A stretch of DNA of 64,000 nt from Saprospirales bacterium (GTDB lineage Bacteria > Bacteroidota > Bacteroidia > Chitinophagales > Saprospiraceae). The notes under the pieces were generated by a model, which ran no database searches, was not told where the DNA came from, and worked only from the letters and a program-made list of their open reading frames with translations. Below, piece by piece: positions 28,227 to 37,746 of the stretch. The DNA is taken from contig CANHDG010000001.1 in the NCBI GenBank assembly GCA_947459365.1, positions 28,566-92,565 on the forward strand, in the 5' to 3' direction. The position numbers and the translations under genes are program-made. Position 1 is the stretch's first letter. The number at the start of each line of letters is the position of its first letter.

Positions 28227-28322
28227 AAATATCTCACCCTTGAACAGGCTCCTAAATAATTAAAAAATATGCGTCGATTATACACGAGAGCTGTGTAACA
28301 ACTTATTGAAACCTTAATAAGT

Positions 28323-30362
28323 TCACTGCGCCATCAACTGCCGATCCATTTCCTGCATATTATTACCAAACTGGGCGGCCCTTTGATAGTCTGTTTGGGC
28401 TGCAGACTTATTACCCATCATTGCATTCGCCCGCGCACGCTCTAAATAGGCCAGTCCAAAGTCGGACTTAATCGAAATCGCACGGGTTAAATCTGGAATT
28501 GCCTCAGCAGGTTTCTTCATTGCTCGACGTAGCATTCCCCGCTCGTACAAAATATTAGCATCATACGGGGCAAACTCAAGGTACTTCGTATAGTCTCCAA
28601 TGGCCGCATCATATTGCCCCTTATTAAAGTAGACAATAGACCGATTAAAATAGGCGTTTTTATTATCTGGGTTGATAGATACGCCTCTATTTAGATCTGA
28701 CAAAGCTTTTTCATATTGACCAGACATCCCATAGGCAGCCCCACGATTAACGTATGCCTCGGCTTGTGTTTGTGGTTTACTAGAAGATAACTCAACCGCA
28801 GCGTTATAATCCTCCAATGCCTTCTGTAGGAACTCCGAGGACTTCTGAGGCGACAGCTTACCCCCTGCTGCCATATCAAAATAGGTTTTACCCCGACTAT
28901 TAAACAATTCAGGATTCTTCGGATCTATCGCAACAGCCTGCGTATAATCACTCAACGCCCGCTCATAATCTCCTTGCTTTCTTCGGTACTGCCCACGATT
29001 CCAAAAAGGCAAAGCATTCGTATATTTTTGTGTCTTTTCGTCGTATTCATATTTCATCACATGAGTCCACAATGTTTCTCCATTTTTCCAAACCCCAATT
29101 TGACGTACCGTCTGATAGGCAGCAGCCACCATAAACAAACCCAAAGCAGCATTCCAAACGACCCTCTTATGTTCTTGCTGCTGATAATACCAAGCAACTA
29201 TAGCAAACAAACCAAAATAGGGAACATATGTAAATCGGTCAGCTAAATAGCCCTGTCCTGCCCCAATAAACTGTAGTACTGGCAAAACATTCAAAAAGAA
29301 GAATAGAAATCCAAAGACCCAAATCTTTAAATCCGCCTTCCAAAGCCTATATACACCATACCAAACAGCTATAAATACCACTGGAGATGCATAGATATAC
29401 CAAGGCAGTGGCTTGGGGTACGGATATAAAGGGGACATTGGGTAAGAAATAAAGAGCTTATACAGATAAACACTAAACGACCAAGTTGCGACACATGCTC
29501 TGTCAACTAAATTAAACCCAGTCAAATCATCATTTGTTGAACCTTGGACATTAAGGGTGTAGATATTTGCTAAACCCATCGCCAAGGACGCAATAAACAG
29601 TGGAACTTTTTCCCAAATCCAAGTCATGGTCCACTTCCTTCCTAACCAGTAATCTACCACTAACATTGAAACAACCAATGTTACCGCCTGAACTTTTGAA
29701 AATAAAGAAAAAACAGCCAGCGCCATTGATAAAACAAACAGCCAGGTACGACTTGACGATTGCTGGTCTTTCACATATCGAATATAGAATTCCAGTGACG
29801 CAAAGTAAAAAAAAGCAAAAAGAACGTCCTTTCTCTCTGTTGCCCAAGCGACCGATTCAACGCGCATAGGATGTATGCCCATCAACAGCGCTCCAACAAA
29901 TGAACCAAGTGGCCCCATCCCTAACAGGCTGAATACCCTAAACGAAAACAATACCACCAAAAGATGTAAAATCAAATTATCAAGGTGAACCTGTCGTATA
30001 AAAGAGGCGTCAAACTCTCCACCTGTCATCGCCTTTTCAAACGCAAACGTGGCAATTGGAAGTGGATTATAGTTGCCAATCACATTCCCTTTCTCCAAAT
30101 CAAATATGGCCGGTAAAACATCCCTCACCGTTTGTTGTTTACCAACTTGTGCGAGGTTTACATTCTCAACAATGTTGGGGTCATCATCCCAATTCACCAA
30201 ATCATTTTTTAAAGATGGCCAATAACAAATGGCAGTTATTGCCATGGCAAAAAGAACCATCCACCAGGGGCTCCCAACGCCAGATTTCACGGCAACCGAT
30301 CTTGGGTTGTTCGTAACAGATGATTTAGCATCTTTTTGTTTCGACTGAATTTTCTTTGCCAT
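28323..30362 (-). CDS. TMTC-like protein: polytopic N-terminal glycosyltransferase-like membrane domain + C-terminal TPR repeats
   Basis: 679 aa. About 10 hydrophobic helices, then repeated TPR units (AYVNRGAAY, AYFNRSIVY, AYLERARAN). Confidence 0.75.
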   Translation of the reverse strand: MAKKIQSKQKDAKSSVTNNPRSVAVKSGVGSPWWMVLFAMAITAICYWPSLKNDLVNWDDDPNIVENVNLAQVGKQQTVRDVLPAIFDLEKGNVIGNYNPLPIATFAFEKAMTGGEFDASFIRQVHLDNLILHLLVVLFSFRVFSLLGMGPLGSFVGALLMGIHPMRVESVAWATERKDVLFAFFYFASLEFYIRYVKDQQSSSRTWLFVLSMALAVFSLFSKVQAVTLVVSMLVVDYWLGRKWTMTWIWEKVPLFIASLAMGLANIYTLNVQGSTNDDLTGFNLVDRACVATWSFSVYLYKLFISYPMSPLYPYPKPLPWYIYASPVVFIAVWYGVYRLWKADLKIWVFGFLFFFLNVLPVLQFIGAGQGYLADRFTYVPYFGLFAIVAWYYQQQEHKRVVWNAALGLFMVAAAYQTVRQIGVWKNGETLWTHVMKYEYDEKTQKYTNALPFWNRGQYRRKQGDYERALSDYTQAVAIDPKNPELFNSRGKTYFDMAAGGKLSPQKSSEFLQKALEDYNAAVELSSSKPQTQAEAYVNRGAAYGMSGQYEKALSDLNRGVSINPDNKNAYFNRSIVYFNKGQYDAAIGDYTKYLEFAPYDANILYERGMLRRAMKKPAEAIPDLTRAISIKSDFGLAYLERARANAMMGNKSAAQTDYQRAAQFGNNMQEMDRQLMAQ

Positions 30363-30399
30363 ATCTTAAAATTTGGCACAAATGTACACTTTTATCTAA

Positions 30400-31050
30400 A
30401 TGATAAATTACCAGAACACTCAAGAGCTTATATGCTTGAACGAAGAAAATTTGATCATTGGTGCAAATTATATTGCTGAACGAGATCAACAACTTGCCCA
30501 GGTTATTTCAAAATACGGGTATCCCCCCCTCTGGAATAGAACACCGTCGTTCTCAACACTAGTACATATAATACTGGAACAACAGGTGTCCCTCGCTTCC
30601 GCCAACGCTACCTTCAGCAAGCTCAATAACCTCCTCCATCAACAAATTACTCCAAAAAACTTGTTAGCACTAACCGAAGATGAACTTAGGAACATAGGAT
30701 TTAGTAGACAAAAAATACAATATGCACAAAACTTAGCCGCCCAAATTGTAAGCCAAAAACTTGTATTAGAAGACCTTGCAAAATTATCCGACGAACAAGT
30801 TAAACAGGAACTAAAAAAATTGAAAGGAATAGGAGATTGGACCGCAGATATCTTCCTTTCAGAATGCTTGCTTAGAGCAGATATCTTGCCTAGAGGAGAT
30901 GTTGCCATGTTAGAGGCATTCAAACGACTAAAAAACCTGGAAAAGAGGCCAAATCATGAGCAGTTCGTTTCTGGCACATTGCACTGGCAACCTTGGCGGA
31001 GTGTTGGAACGAGAATGCTTTGGCACTTTTATTTGTCAAGTAAAGGCTAA
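30400..31050 (+). CDS. DNA-3-methyladenine glycosylase II family (HhH-GPD, AlkA-like)
   Basis: 216 aa. HhH motif LKGIGDWTADIFL and a downstream catalytic Asp context (PRGDVAM). Confidence 0.85.
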   Translation: MINYQNTQELICLNEENLIIGANYIAERDQQLAQVISKYGYPPLWNRTPSFSTLVHIILEQQVSLASANATFSKLNNLLHQQITPKNLLALTEDELRNIGFSRQKIQYAQNLAAQIVSQKLVLEDLAKLSDEQVKQELKKLKGIGDWTADIFLSECLLRADILPRGDVAMLEAFKRLKNLEKRPNHEQFVSGTLHWQPWRSVGTRMLWHFYLSSKG

Positions 31051-31145
31051 AAATTTAAAAAATCGAATGCAATCCTGTTTCCTAAGCCTGAGTTTCTACT
31101 TTTTTACGACTTTTGCACCCTCTTTCTAAATTACTCTAGCTGCTC

Positions 31146-31463
31146 ATGCTCATTTATAACGTTACTGTCACAATAGACCGCGAAATTGAGTCTCAGTGGG
31201 TCAAATGGATGAAAGAAACGCATATACCAGACGTAATGGTCACCGGAATGTTCCTTTCTTATCGTATGAGCCGCCTACTAAGCCATGATCATACCGATTC
31301 CGAAATATACACGATTCAGTACCTGACAAAAGACATATTACACCTTCAAAAATACCTAGATGAGTTCGCATCAACGCTCCAGGCAGAGCATAAAAAATTA
31401 TTCGAAGGAAAATATGCCGTATTCCGGACCGTTATGGAGGTGATAGATCAAAATGAAAAATAG
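31146..31463 (+). CDS. DUF4286 family protein
   Basis: 105 aa. MLIYNVTVTIDREIESQWVKWMKETHIPDV is characteristic of this family. Confidence 0.75.
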   Translation: MLIYNVTVTIDREIESQWVKWMKETHIPDVMVTGMFLSYRMSRLLSHDHTDSEIYTIQYLTKDILHLQKYLDEFASTLQAEHKKLFEGKYAVFRTVMEVIDQNEK

Positions 31464-31542
31464 CTAAATTATTTACAATTAATGCACCTGAATACCTACC
31501 TTTTTGGCATTCATTGCATCTTAATTAAGACAATAACAAATC

Positions 31543-32499
31543 GTGAAAGTTACAGAGCACTTTGAAAAAGCAAAAGGGGAAACGCTCATTTCGTTTGAAA
31601 TATTACCGCCCCTGAAAGGTGGTGGCATGCAAGCAATTTTTAATACACTGGACTCCTTGATGGAGTTCAAACCACCGTTTGTAGATGTAACTTATCACCG
31701 AGAAGAATTTCTTTACAAAAAAAGGCCGTCTGGCTATTACGAAAAAACGGCTATCCGAAAACGGCCTGGCACCGTAGGTATCTGTGCCGCTATCATGCAT
31801 CGCTATGGCGTGGATGCAGTCCCCCACTTAATTTGTGGGGGGTTTTCCATAGAAGAAACTGAAAACGCCCTTATTGATCTTAATTTTTTAGGAATTAATA
31901 ATGTTTTGGCCCTTAGAGGCGATGCCCGACAATTTGAAGACCGATTTGTTCCAGAAGATAACGGGCATCACCACGCCATTGATCTTGTCCGCCAGATCGA
32001 AGAAATGAACAACGGAAAATACCTAGATGCTAGCATTACCAATGGAGAGCCCACAGATTTCTGCATTGGCGTTGCTGGCTACCCTGAAAAACATTTTGAA
32101 TCTCCAAACCTAGCTGCAGATCTTCAATTCACTAAGGCAAAAGTAGATGCAGGTGCTCACTACATCGTAACCCAAATGTTTTTCGACAATAAAAAATACT
32201 TTAAGTTTGTCGCCGACTGCCGAGAGGCCGGTATTAATGTTCCAATCGTGCCCGGACTAAAGCCAATCACCAAAAAATCACAACTGAACGCAATCCCAAG
32301 AAAGTTTTTTATTGATTTCCCGGATACACTTGTATCCGAAATCATGAAAGCTAAAGACGACCAAGCGGTCCGTCAAATAGGTGTCGAATGGAGTATAGAG
32401 CAATCCAAAGAGCTAAAAGCAGCAGGTGTACCCTGCCTCCACTACTACACCATGGGAGATAACAACACCGTAAAAACCATTGTACAAGCTGTTATTTAG
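31543..32499 (+). CDS. metF: 5,10-methylenetetrahydrofolate reductase
   Basis: 318 aa with a GTG start. ISFEILPPLKG, NVLALRGD and a MetF-like C-terminus. Confidence 0.93.
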   Translation: MKVTEHFEKAKGETLISFEILPPLKGGGMQAIFNTLDSLMEFKPPFVDVTYHREEFLYKKRPSGYYEKTAIRKRPGTVGICAAIMHRYGVDAVPHLICGGFSIEETENALIDLNFLGINNVLALRGDARQFEDRFVPEDNGHHHAIDLVRQIEEMNNGKYLDASITNGEPTDFCIGVAGYPEKHFESPNLAADLQFTKAKVDAGAHYIVTQMFFDNKKYFKFVADCREAGINVPIVPGLKPITKKSQLNAIPRKFFIDFPDTLVSEIMKAKDDQAVRQIGVEWSIEQSKELKAAGVPCLHYYTMGDNNTVKTIVQAVI

Positions 32500-32617
32500 T
32501 TAATTTTTAATTAATAATGACGTTTTTTTAAAATTTTTGCCGTTATAACCTTCAAAAGTATAAAATTTGCGTCAACAGCCATTTCTAACTTTCGTCAACA
32601 ACTATCAATTAAGAACA

Positions 32618-34291
32618 ATGACAAAATTAATGAGAGGAGTCCTTCAGTTATTATTTGTTACTGCACTTTTTCATCAATCAGCTATAGGCCAAACCCATGA
32701 ACAAGGTTTTGAAGCCATGATGATGGAAAAATGGGACAAGGCAATTGATGTGTATTCATCCCTAACCAAATCCAATAATGCAGACCAGTTGGCCTGGTTA
32801 TCACTTAGTAATGCCTGGTTGGCGAAAGGAAATAAAGAAAAAGCACTGGAAGCCCTTAATTCAGGCTTCAATGCTAACCCAGAAGGGGTCTATGCAATGA
32901 TGATTAATGGTCGTCAACTCTTGCTCCAAAACCGTACCACCGAATCCGACGAACAATTCCAGAAAGCCATTAAAAAAGCTAAAAAAGATATGGCTGCTAT
33001 TCGCCAACATGGTGAGTCATACCTTTTTTATACCGCTCCCAACGACCGCAAACCTAACCTCAGTAAAGCCGTAGATCTCTTCAAACAAGCCATTGATATC
33101 AATCCTAAAGATTTCGAAACGCTTATGAACTGCGGATACGCCTACAGAGAACAGGGAAATGGAGGAGAAGCCGCTCGACAGTTTGAATATGCCTCCAATT
33201 TCAAACCCAAAAGCCCACTTCCTTTTTATATGTTAGGCACCGTGTACAAAGCCGGCAAACTCAATGACCGCTTTGTCCAAAACATGGAGTCCGCCATCTC
33301 TCTCGATAACTCTTACACCCCCGCTCTTCGGGCAATTGCAGACCATTACTATTTCACTAGAAAGTGGGAGCAGGCGAAAGAAGCATACAGCACACTTCTT
33401 GAAAAAGGTGCGGACTTGGTAATCGAAGATGAAATGCAGTATGCAAATACCCTTTTTCTAGTGAAAGATTACCAGGCATGCACAGAAATGGTGGAAAAAA
33501 TCATCGCCAAAGATGGCTCAAAGAACTATCTCCGACGCCTACTAGGTTACAGCTATTATGAAAATGGCGACTATTCAAAAGGGCAGGCCATCATGGATGA
33601 GTACTTCAAAATGGTTGAACCCGAAAAAATTGTTGCTAGCGATTATGTCTACCAAGGACGACTTCAACTTAAAGCAAAGCAAGATACTACCACCGCCATC
33701 TCCTACCTTCGTAAAGCAATAAATAGAGATACTGCAGAGTGGGGACTGTACCAAGAAATTGGAAACCTCTACTATACTAGTAAAGACTATTGTAATGCAG
33801 CTAATTGCTATGGAATTTGGTTAGATTCTCTTAAGACTGACGCAAAAGCGATCGATATCTACCGCCTTGGCATCTGCCAATTCTATTGTAAAGAAGACTC
33901 ACTTCGGTACCAAAATGCATTGTCCTCTTTCGAGAAAGTCACACAGCTTATGCCTAATGCTGGTATTGGCTGGTTGTGGGCAGGAAAAGCAGCCGCTCGA
34001 CTAGATGTTGATATTACAGTAGATACCTCCGCAGCAGCAGTCGCTTCGTTCGGAAAGGCATTTCCTTTCTTCAGTAAATTCGTAGAAATTGCCAAGGCAG
34101 ATACTGCTAAAAACAAAAAAGACCTCATCACGGCGCTCGAGTATACTGTCTTCTACCATTTCATTAGAAAAGAAGATGAAAAAGCAAAAGAAAATATCAG
34201 CTTGCTCTTGAGTCTGGATCCAACCAATCAAACTGCAACTGAACTTCAAAGCCGTTTAAGTACCCAGCCTCCGGGCGGAGGAAAAGGCTAA
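32618..34291 (+). CDS. secreted TPR-repeat protein
   Basis: ATG 32618 gives MTKLMRGVLQLLFVTALFHQSAIGQ as a signal peptide. Repeated TPR-like units follow throughout. Confidence 0.75.
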   Translation: MTKLMRGVLQLLFVTALFHQSAIGQTHEQGFEAMMMEKWDKAIDVYSSLTKSNNADQLAWLSLSNAWLAKGNKEKALEALNSGFNANPEGVYAMMINGRQLLLQNRTTESDEQFQKAIKKAKKDMAAIRQHGESYLFYTAPNDRKPNLSKAVDLFKQAIDINPKDFETLMNCGYAYREQGNGGEAARQFEYASNFKPKSPLPFYMLGTVYKAGKLNDRFVQNMESAISLDNSYTPALRAIADHYYFTRKWEQAKEAYSTLLEKGADLVIEDEMQYANTLFLVKDYQACTEMVEKIIAKDGSKNYLRRLLGYSYYENGDYSKGQAIMDEYFKMVEPEKIVASDYVYQGRLQLKAKQDTTTAISYLRKAINRDTAEWGLYQEIGNLYYTSKDYCNAANCYGIWLDSLKTDAKAIDIYRLGICQFYCKEDSLRYQNALSSFEKVTQLMPNAGIGWLWAGKAAARLDVDITVDTSAAAVASFGKAFPFFSKFVEIAKADTAKNKKDLITALEYTVFYHFIRKEDEKAKENISLLLSLDPTNQTATELQSRLSTQPPGGGKG

Positions 34292-34320
34292 CCACTGACT
34301 TAGTTACTAGAACAACTACA

Positions 34321-34360
34321 CAGCCCAACAGCCTAAAACCCTGTTGGGCTGTCGTTTTTT
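34321..34360 (+). terminator. intrinsic terminator
   Basis: cagcccaacag (34321-34331) pairs with ctgttgggctg (34341-34351), followed by tcgtttttt. Confidence 0.85.
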
Positions 34361-34438
34361 ACCCCAATTCTATAGAAATATATTTTTTCTAAACCATCCA
34401 CCCACCTTGTAAACTTGTGCATTCCATATCTTCGCACC

Positions 34439-36124
34439 ATGCAATTAATTGAATGTGTTCCAAACTTTTCGGAAGGTCAAGATATGACCATAATCCGACA
34501 GATCACGGATGCTATTGAAAGCGTCGACGGTGTACACTTATTGGATGTAGATCCTGGAAAGGCTACAAACAGAACCGTGGTAACCTTTGTCGGTGAACCA
34601 GCAGCCGTTGTAGAAGCAGCGTTTTTAGCAATTAAAAAGGCTTGTGACCTGATTGATATGCGTCAGCACAAAGGAGAGCATCCAAGAATGGGAGCTACCG
34701 ATGTATGCCCACTGGTTCCGGTCTCAGGTATAACAATGGAGGAAACGGCGGACTGGGCCATCAAGCTAGCAAAACGTGTAGGGGAAGAACTAAATCTACC
34801 AACCTATCTCTACGAAGCTGCAGCCTCTACCCCTGAAAGAAAAAACCTTGCAACTATTCGAGCAGGAGAGTACGAAGGGCTCCCCGAAAAAATTATCCAA
34901 CCAATATGGAAGCCTGATTTCGGGCCAGCAACCTTTAATGCCAAAAGTGGAGCAACGGTAATCGGAGCACGTGACTTCCTTATCGCTTATAATGTCAACC
35001 TAAATACTACCTCTGTCAGAAGAGCAAATTCCGTTGCATTTGATATTAGAGAAAAGGGTAGGGTAGTCAACGACCCACTCACTGGCAAACCAATGAAAGA
35101 TGAAACAGGCGAACCTATTCGACAGGCTGGCTGGCTAAAAGGCGTTAAAGGAATTGGCTGGTTTATTGAAGAGTATGGGATCGCTCAGGTGTCTATGAAT
35201 ATTACAGACACCTCCCAAACCTCTCTGCAAGAAGCATTCGAAGCTTGCTGCAAAAGTGCAGAACAACGCGGAATGCGGGTCACTGGGTCTGAACTAGTTG
35301 GGTTGGTTCCACTAAATGTTCTCCTCGAAGCTGGAAAGCACTTTTTAAATAAGCAAAAAAGAAGCTTAGGTGTTAATGAGGAAGAAATTATTAAGATAGC
35401 TATTAAAAGCATGGGACTTGATGAGCTATCTCCATTTGACCCGAATAAAAAAATTATTGAATACAATATCGCCTCTAAAAACGGAGGAAAATTGGGGCCC
35501 TTAGTGTCTAAGGACCTTAGAGCCTTCGCCAATGAAACTGCCTCCGAAAGCCCCGCTCCAGGAGGAGGTTCAATTAGTGCCTACGTAGCTGCGCTCGGCG
35601 CTTCTTTAGTAACGATGGTTGCTAATTTAAGTAGCCATAAGCGCGGCTGGGATGACCAGTGGAAAACATTTAGTGCTGCTGCTGAGCGTGGACAATATCT
35701 AAAAGACGCTTTGCTAAAGGCCGTAGATGAGGATACTGCCGCATTCAATGCAATTATGGCAGCATTTTCTCTTCCCAACTCTTCAACAGAAGAAAAAACA
35801 GCGAGAAAAAAGGCAATACAAGATGCAACAAAAATAGCAATTGAAGTGCCCGCAAAAGTACTCCGATTAGCCGCAGAAACAATGCCACTAGTCAGGCAAA
35901 TGGTAGAGTCAGGCAACCCTAATTCAATCACAGATGCCGGCGTCGGAGCCCTTTGCATCCGAGCAGCCATTCATGGCGCGCTCCTGAATGTAAAAATAAA
36001 TATAACAGGATTAGAGGATAAAAGCTTCGCAGAAACCATTCTAACAGAATGTCAAATACTTGCAGATATCGCTGACAAGGAAGAGGCAGCACTGCTCCAA
36101 CTTATTAACTCAAGAATAAAATAA
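34439..36124 (+). CDS. ftcD: bifunctional glutamate formimidoyltransferase / formimidoyltetrahydrofolate cyclodeaminase
   Basis: ATG 34439 gives MQLIECVPNFSEGQD, the transferase N-terminus. The C-terminal ~200 aa are a helical cyclodeaminase-like domain (APGGGSISAYVAALGASL). Confidence 0.9.
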   Translation: MQLIECVPNFSEGQDMTIIRQITDAIESVDGVHLLDVDPGKATNRTVVTFVGEPAAVVEAAFLAIKKACDLIDMRQHKGEHPRMGATDVCPLVPVSGITMEETADWAIKLAKRVGEELNLPTYLYEAAASTPERKNLATIRAGEYEGLPEKIIQPIWKPDFGPATFNAKSGATVIGARDFLIAYNVNLNTTSVRRANSVAFDIREKGRVVNDPLTGKPMKDETGEPIRQAGWLKGVKGIGWFIEEYGIAQVSMNITDTSQTSLQEAFEACCKSAEQRGMRVTGSELVGLVPLNVLLEAGKHFLNKQKRSLGVNEEEIIKIAIKSMGLDELSPFDPNKKIIEYNIASKNGGKLGPLVSKDLRAFANETASESPAPGGGSISAYVAALGASLVTMVANLSSHKRGWDDQWKTFSAAAERGQYLKDALLKAVDEDTAAFNAIMAAFSLPNSSTEEKTARKKAIQDATKIAIEVPAKVLRLAAETMPLVRQMVESGNPNSITDAGVGALCIRAAIHGALLNVKINITGLEDKSFAETILTECQILADIADKEEAALLQLINSRIK

Positions 36125-36270
36125 ACTTTCTCCATTCAAAACCCCAAAAACCACCTTTACAATTCGCTCAACCTCAGAACCCGATTCAGTACTGAATACA
36201 TGATACCCAATAATGTCAAAACAGCTCCCTCCTGATTATTTTTACTAAGTCCATTTGACCCTTATCTAGC

Positions 36271-37719
36271 ATGGCAATTCTTAACGAAAACGATGTAAAA
36301 TCCGCCTTTCTGCCTTTTTTGCGCGAATTCTATCGATTTCGATATGAATACAACCCATTAACCGCAAAATCCTCCTTAAATAACGTATCCAGAGATGGAT
36401 ATATAGCAGATGGATTACTCCAATTTCAAAAACAAGACAACAGCACATTCACTTGCACCTTTGAGGCATCTTCTAAAGAATCTATACAGGAAGTCACATT
36501 TACCCAAAACCGTACGTTATTTCTATGGGATTGCATCACTAGTGGCCTGTTACTAACCGCTTTTTTACTCTCTATCCTGTCTATTGCAAACCCCGTTTGG
36601 CTAGCTGGTCTAACCCTTGCCGCTAAAACAGGGCTAACCGGCGGGCTTATCTTAATCGGATTTTTCACCTGGTACTTCCTAGCCGAAAACAAGAAAAAGT
36701 ATAGATCTATTTACGCCATCGAGCAATTTAAACAATACTTCGCAGATGACCAATGGATTGCTCTCGCCGAAGATGTATTTCCCTCCCCTTTACATCCATA
36801 TCTGTTGGAGCTGAAAGATCAATGCATCTATAATGGTATCGGTCTTGCAATCGTATACTCAGACCAACCAGTACGGCTAATAAACGCTCCATCCAGTTTA
36901 GGTCCAATTCATAAAAATCGGAAAATGGTTAACTGGATAACGGACACCGACCTCTATCAGTCTTTATCCTCGAATGCAAAAGCGGCAGCAGCCTATCAAA
37001 CGCCCCTGTCTACCCCTATTGCTAGACTAACCACAGTTGTTAATCAATGTCTATTATCTCCTCTTTTCAAAGCGCTTAGCAAAAATGTAAATCCCTCTTC
37101 CATTATGCTTACTCAATTTTCAAAATCATACCGAACCCAAAAAGTAGTCGCTCTTTTATTAATCCTCATTATTGGAGCCCTTTATTACCATGCAGACAGC
37201 AAAAAAGAGGTCGTTTATGCAGAAAAGCCAACTCAAATTTATCAGCCAGAAAATATCAATAGCAACTCACCCGAACACAAAGATGGCTTTGTATTGAACG
37301 AAACCGAAAAGCCAATCACGTACGGAAAAACATACTCAACTGGAGAAAAAGGACTTCCCAAACAGGAACCACAAACAATAACGGCTCCCCAAAATGAGCC
37401 ACCCTCCTCCGCTCAGAGCAACTCCACCGCTACTGAATTTTGCCAACAAATAAAACAAAGTGGGGGCTGGTATTTGCAAGATAGCAAGTTTAACTCTGCT
37501 TCCGCGGCCAATAAACGTGTCACCGAACTGCAAAACAAGGGCTTTAAAGCAGACGCATTTAACAGTACTTGCTTAGGTGAACCAGGATGGGTCGTGCGCC
37601 TTGACTTTAACCAATACTCAGACAAAATTGCAAAATTCATGGCAGAGGACTATCAACGCCAAATCACAGCTTCAGGACTCAAGGCGAATAATGTCATCAT
37701 TAAAAAAGTTCCTATATAA
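36271..37719 (+). CDS. membrane protein with a C-terminal SPOR (septal peptidoglycan-binding) domain
   Basis: 482 aa. TM hairpin around residues 85-135, a third TM (VVALLLILIIGALYY), a low-complexity linker, then a SPOR-like GGWYLQDSKFNSASAANKRVTELQNKGFKADAF...GWVVRLDF. Confidence 0.7.
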   Translation: MAILNENDVKSAFLPFLREFYRFRYEYNPLTAKSSLNNVSRDGYIADGLLQFQKQDNSTFTCTFEASSKESIQEVTFTQNRTLFLWDCITSGLLLTAFLLSILSIANPVWLAGLTLAAKTGLTGGLILIGFFTWYFLAENKKKYRSIYAIEQFKQYFADDQWIALAEDVFPSPLHPYLLELKDQCIYNGIGLAIVYSDQPVRLINAPSSLGPIHKNRKMVNWITDTDLYQSLSSNAKAAAAYQTPLSTPIARLTTVVNQCLLSPLFKALSKNVNPSSIMLTQFSKSYRTQKVVALLLILIIGALYYHADSKKEVVYAEKPTQIYQPENINSNSPEHKDGFVLNETEKPITYGKTYSTGEKGLPKQEPQTITAPQNEPPSSAQSNSTATEFCQQIKQSGGWYLQDSKFNSASAANKRVTELQNKGFKADAFNSTCLGEPGWVVRLDFNQYSDKIAKFMAEDYQRQITASGLKANNVIIKKVPI

Positions 37720-37746
37720 TGTCTCAAAACAATAATTAATCCCAAA

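Noticed and set aside
28290-28313. The hairpin aacttatt-N8-aataagtt between the TMTC-like gene and cinA, considered as a terminator.
   Set aside because: The stem is 8 bp of AT-rich sequence, and no T-run follows directly on the minus strand. The call is too weak.
31543-36124. metF and ftcD flanking a TPR gene, considered as a folate module.
   Set aside because: There is a strong terminator at 34321-34360 between them. The genes have separate starts and there is no pathway logic beyond a shared cofactor.
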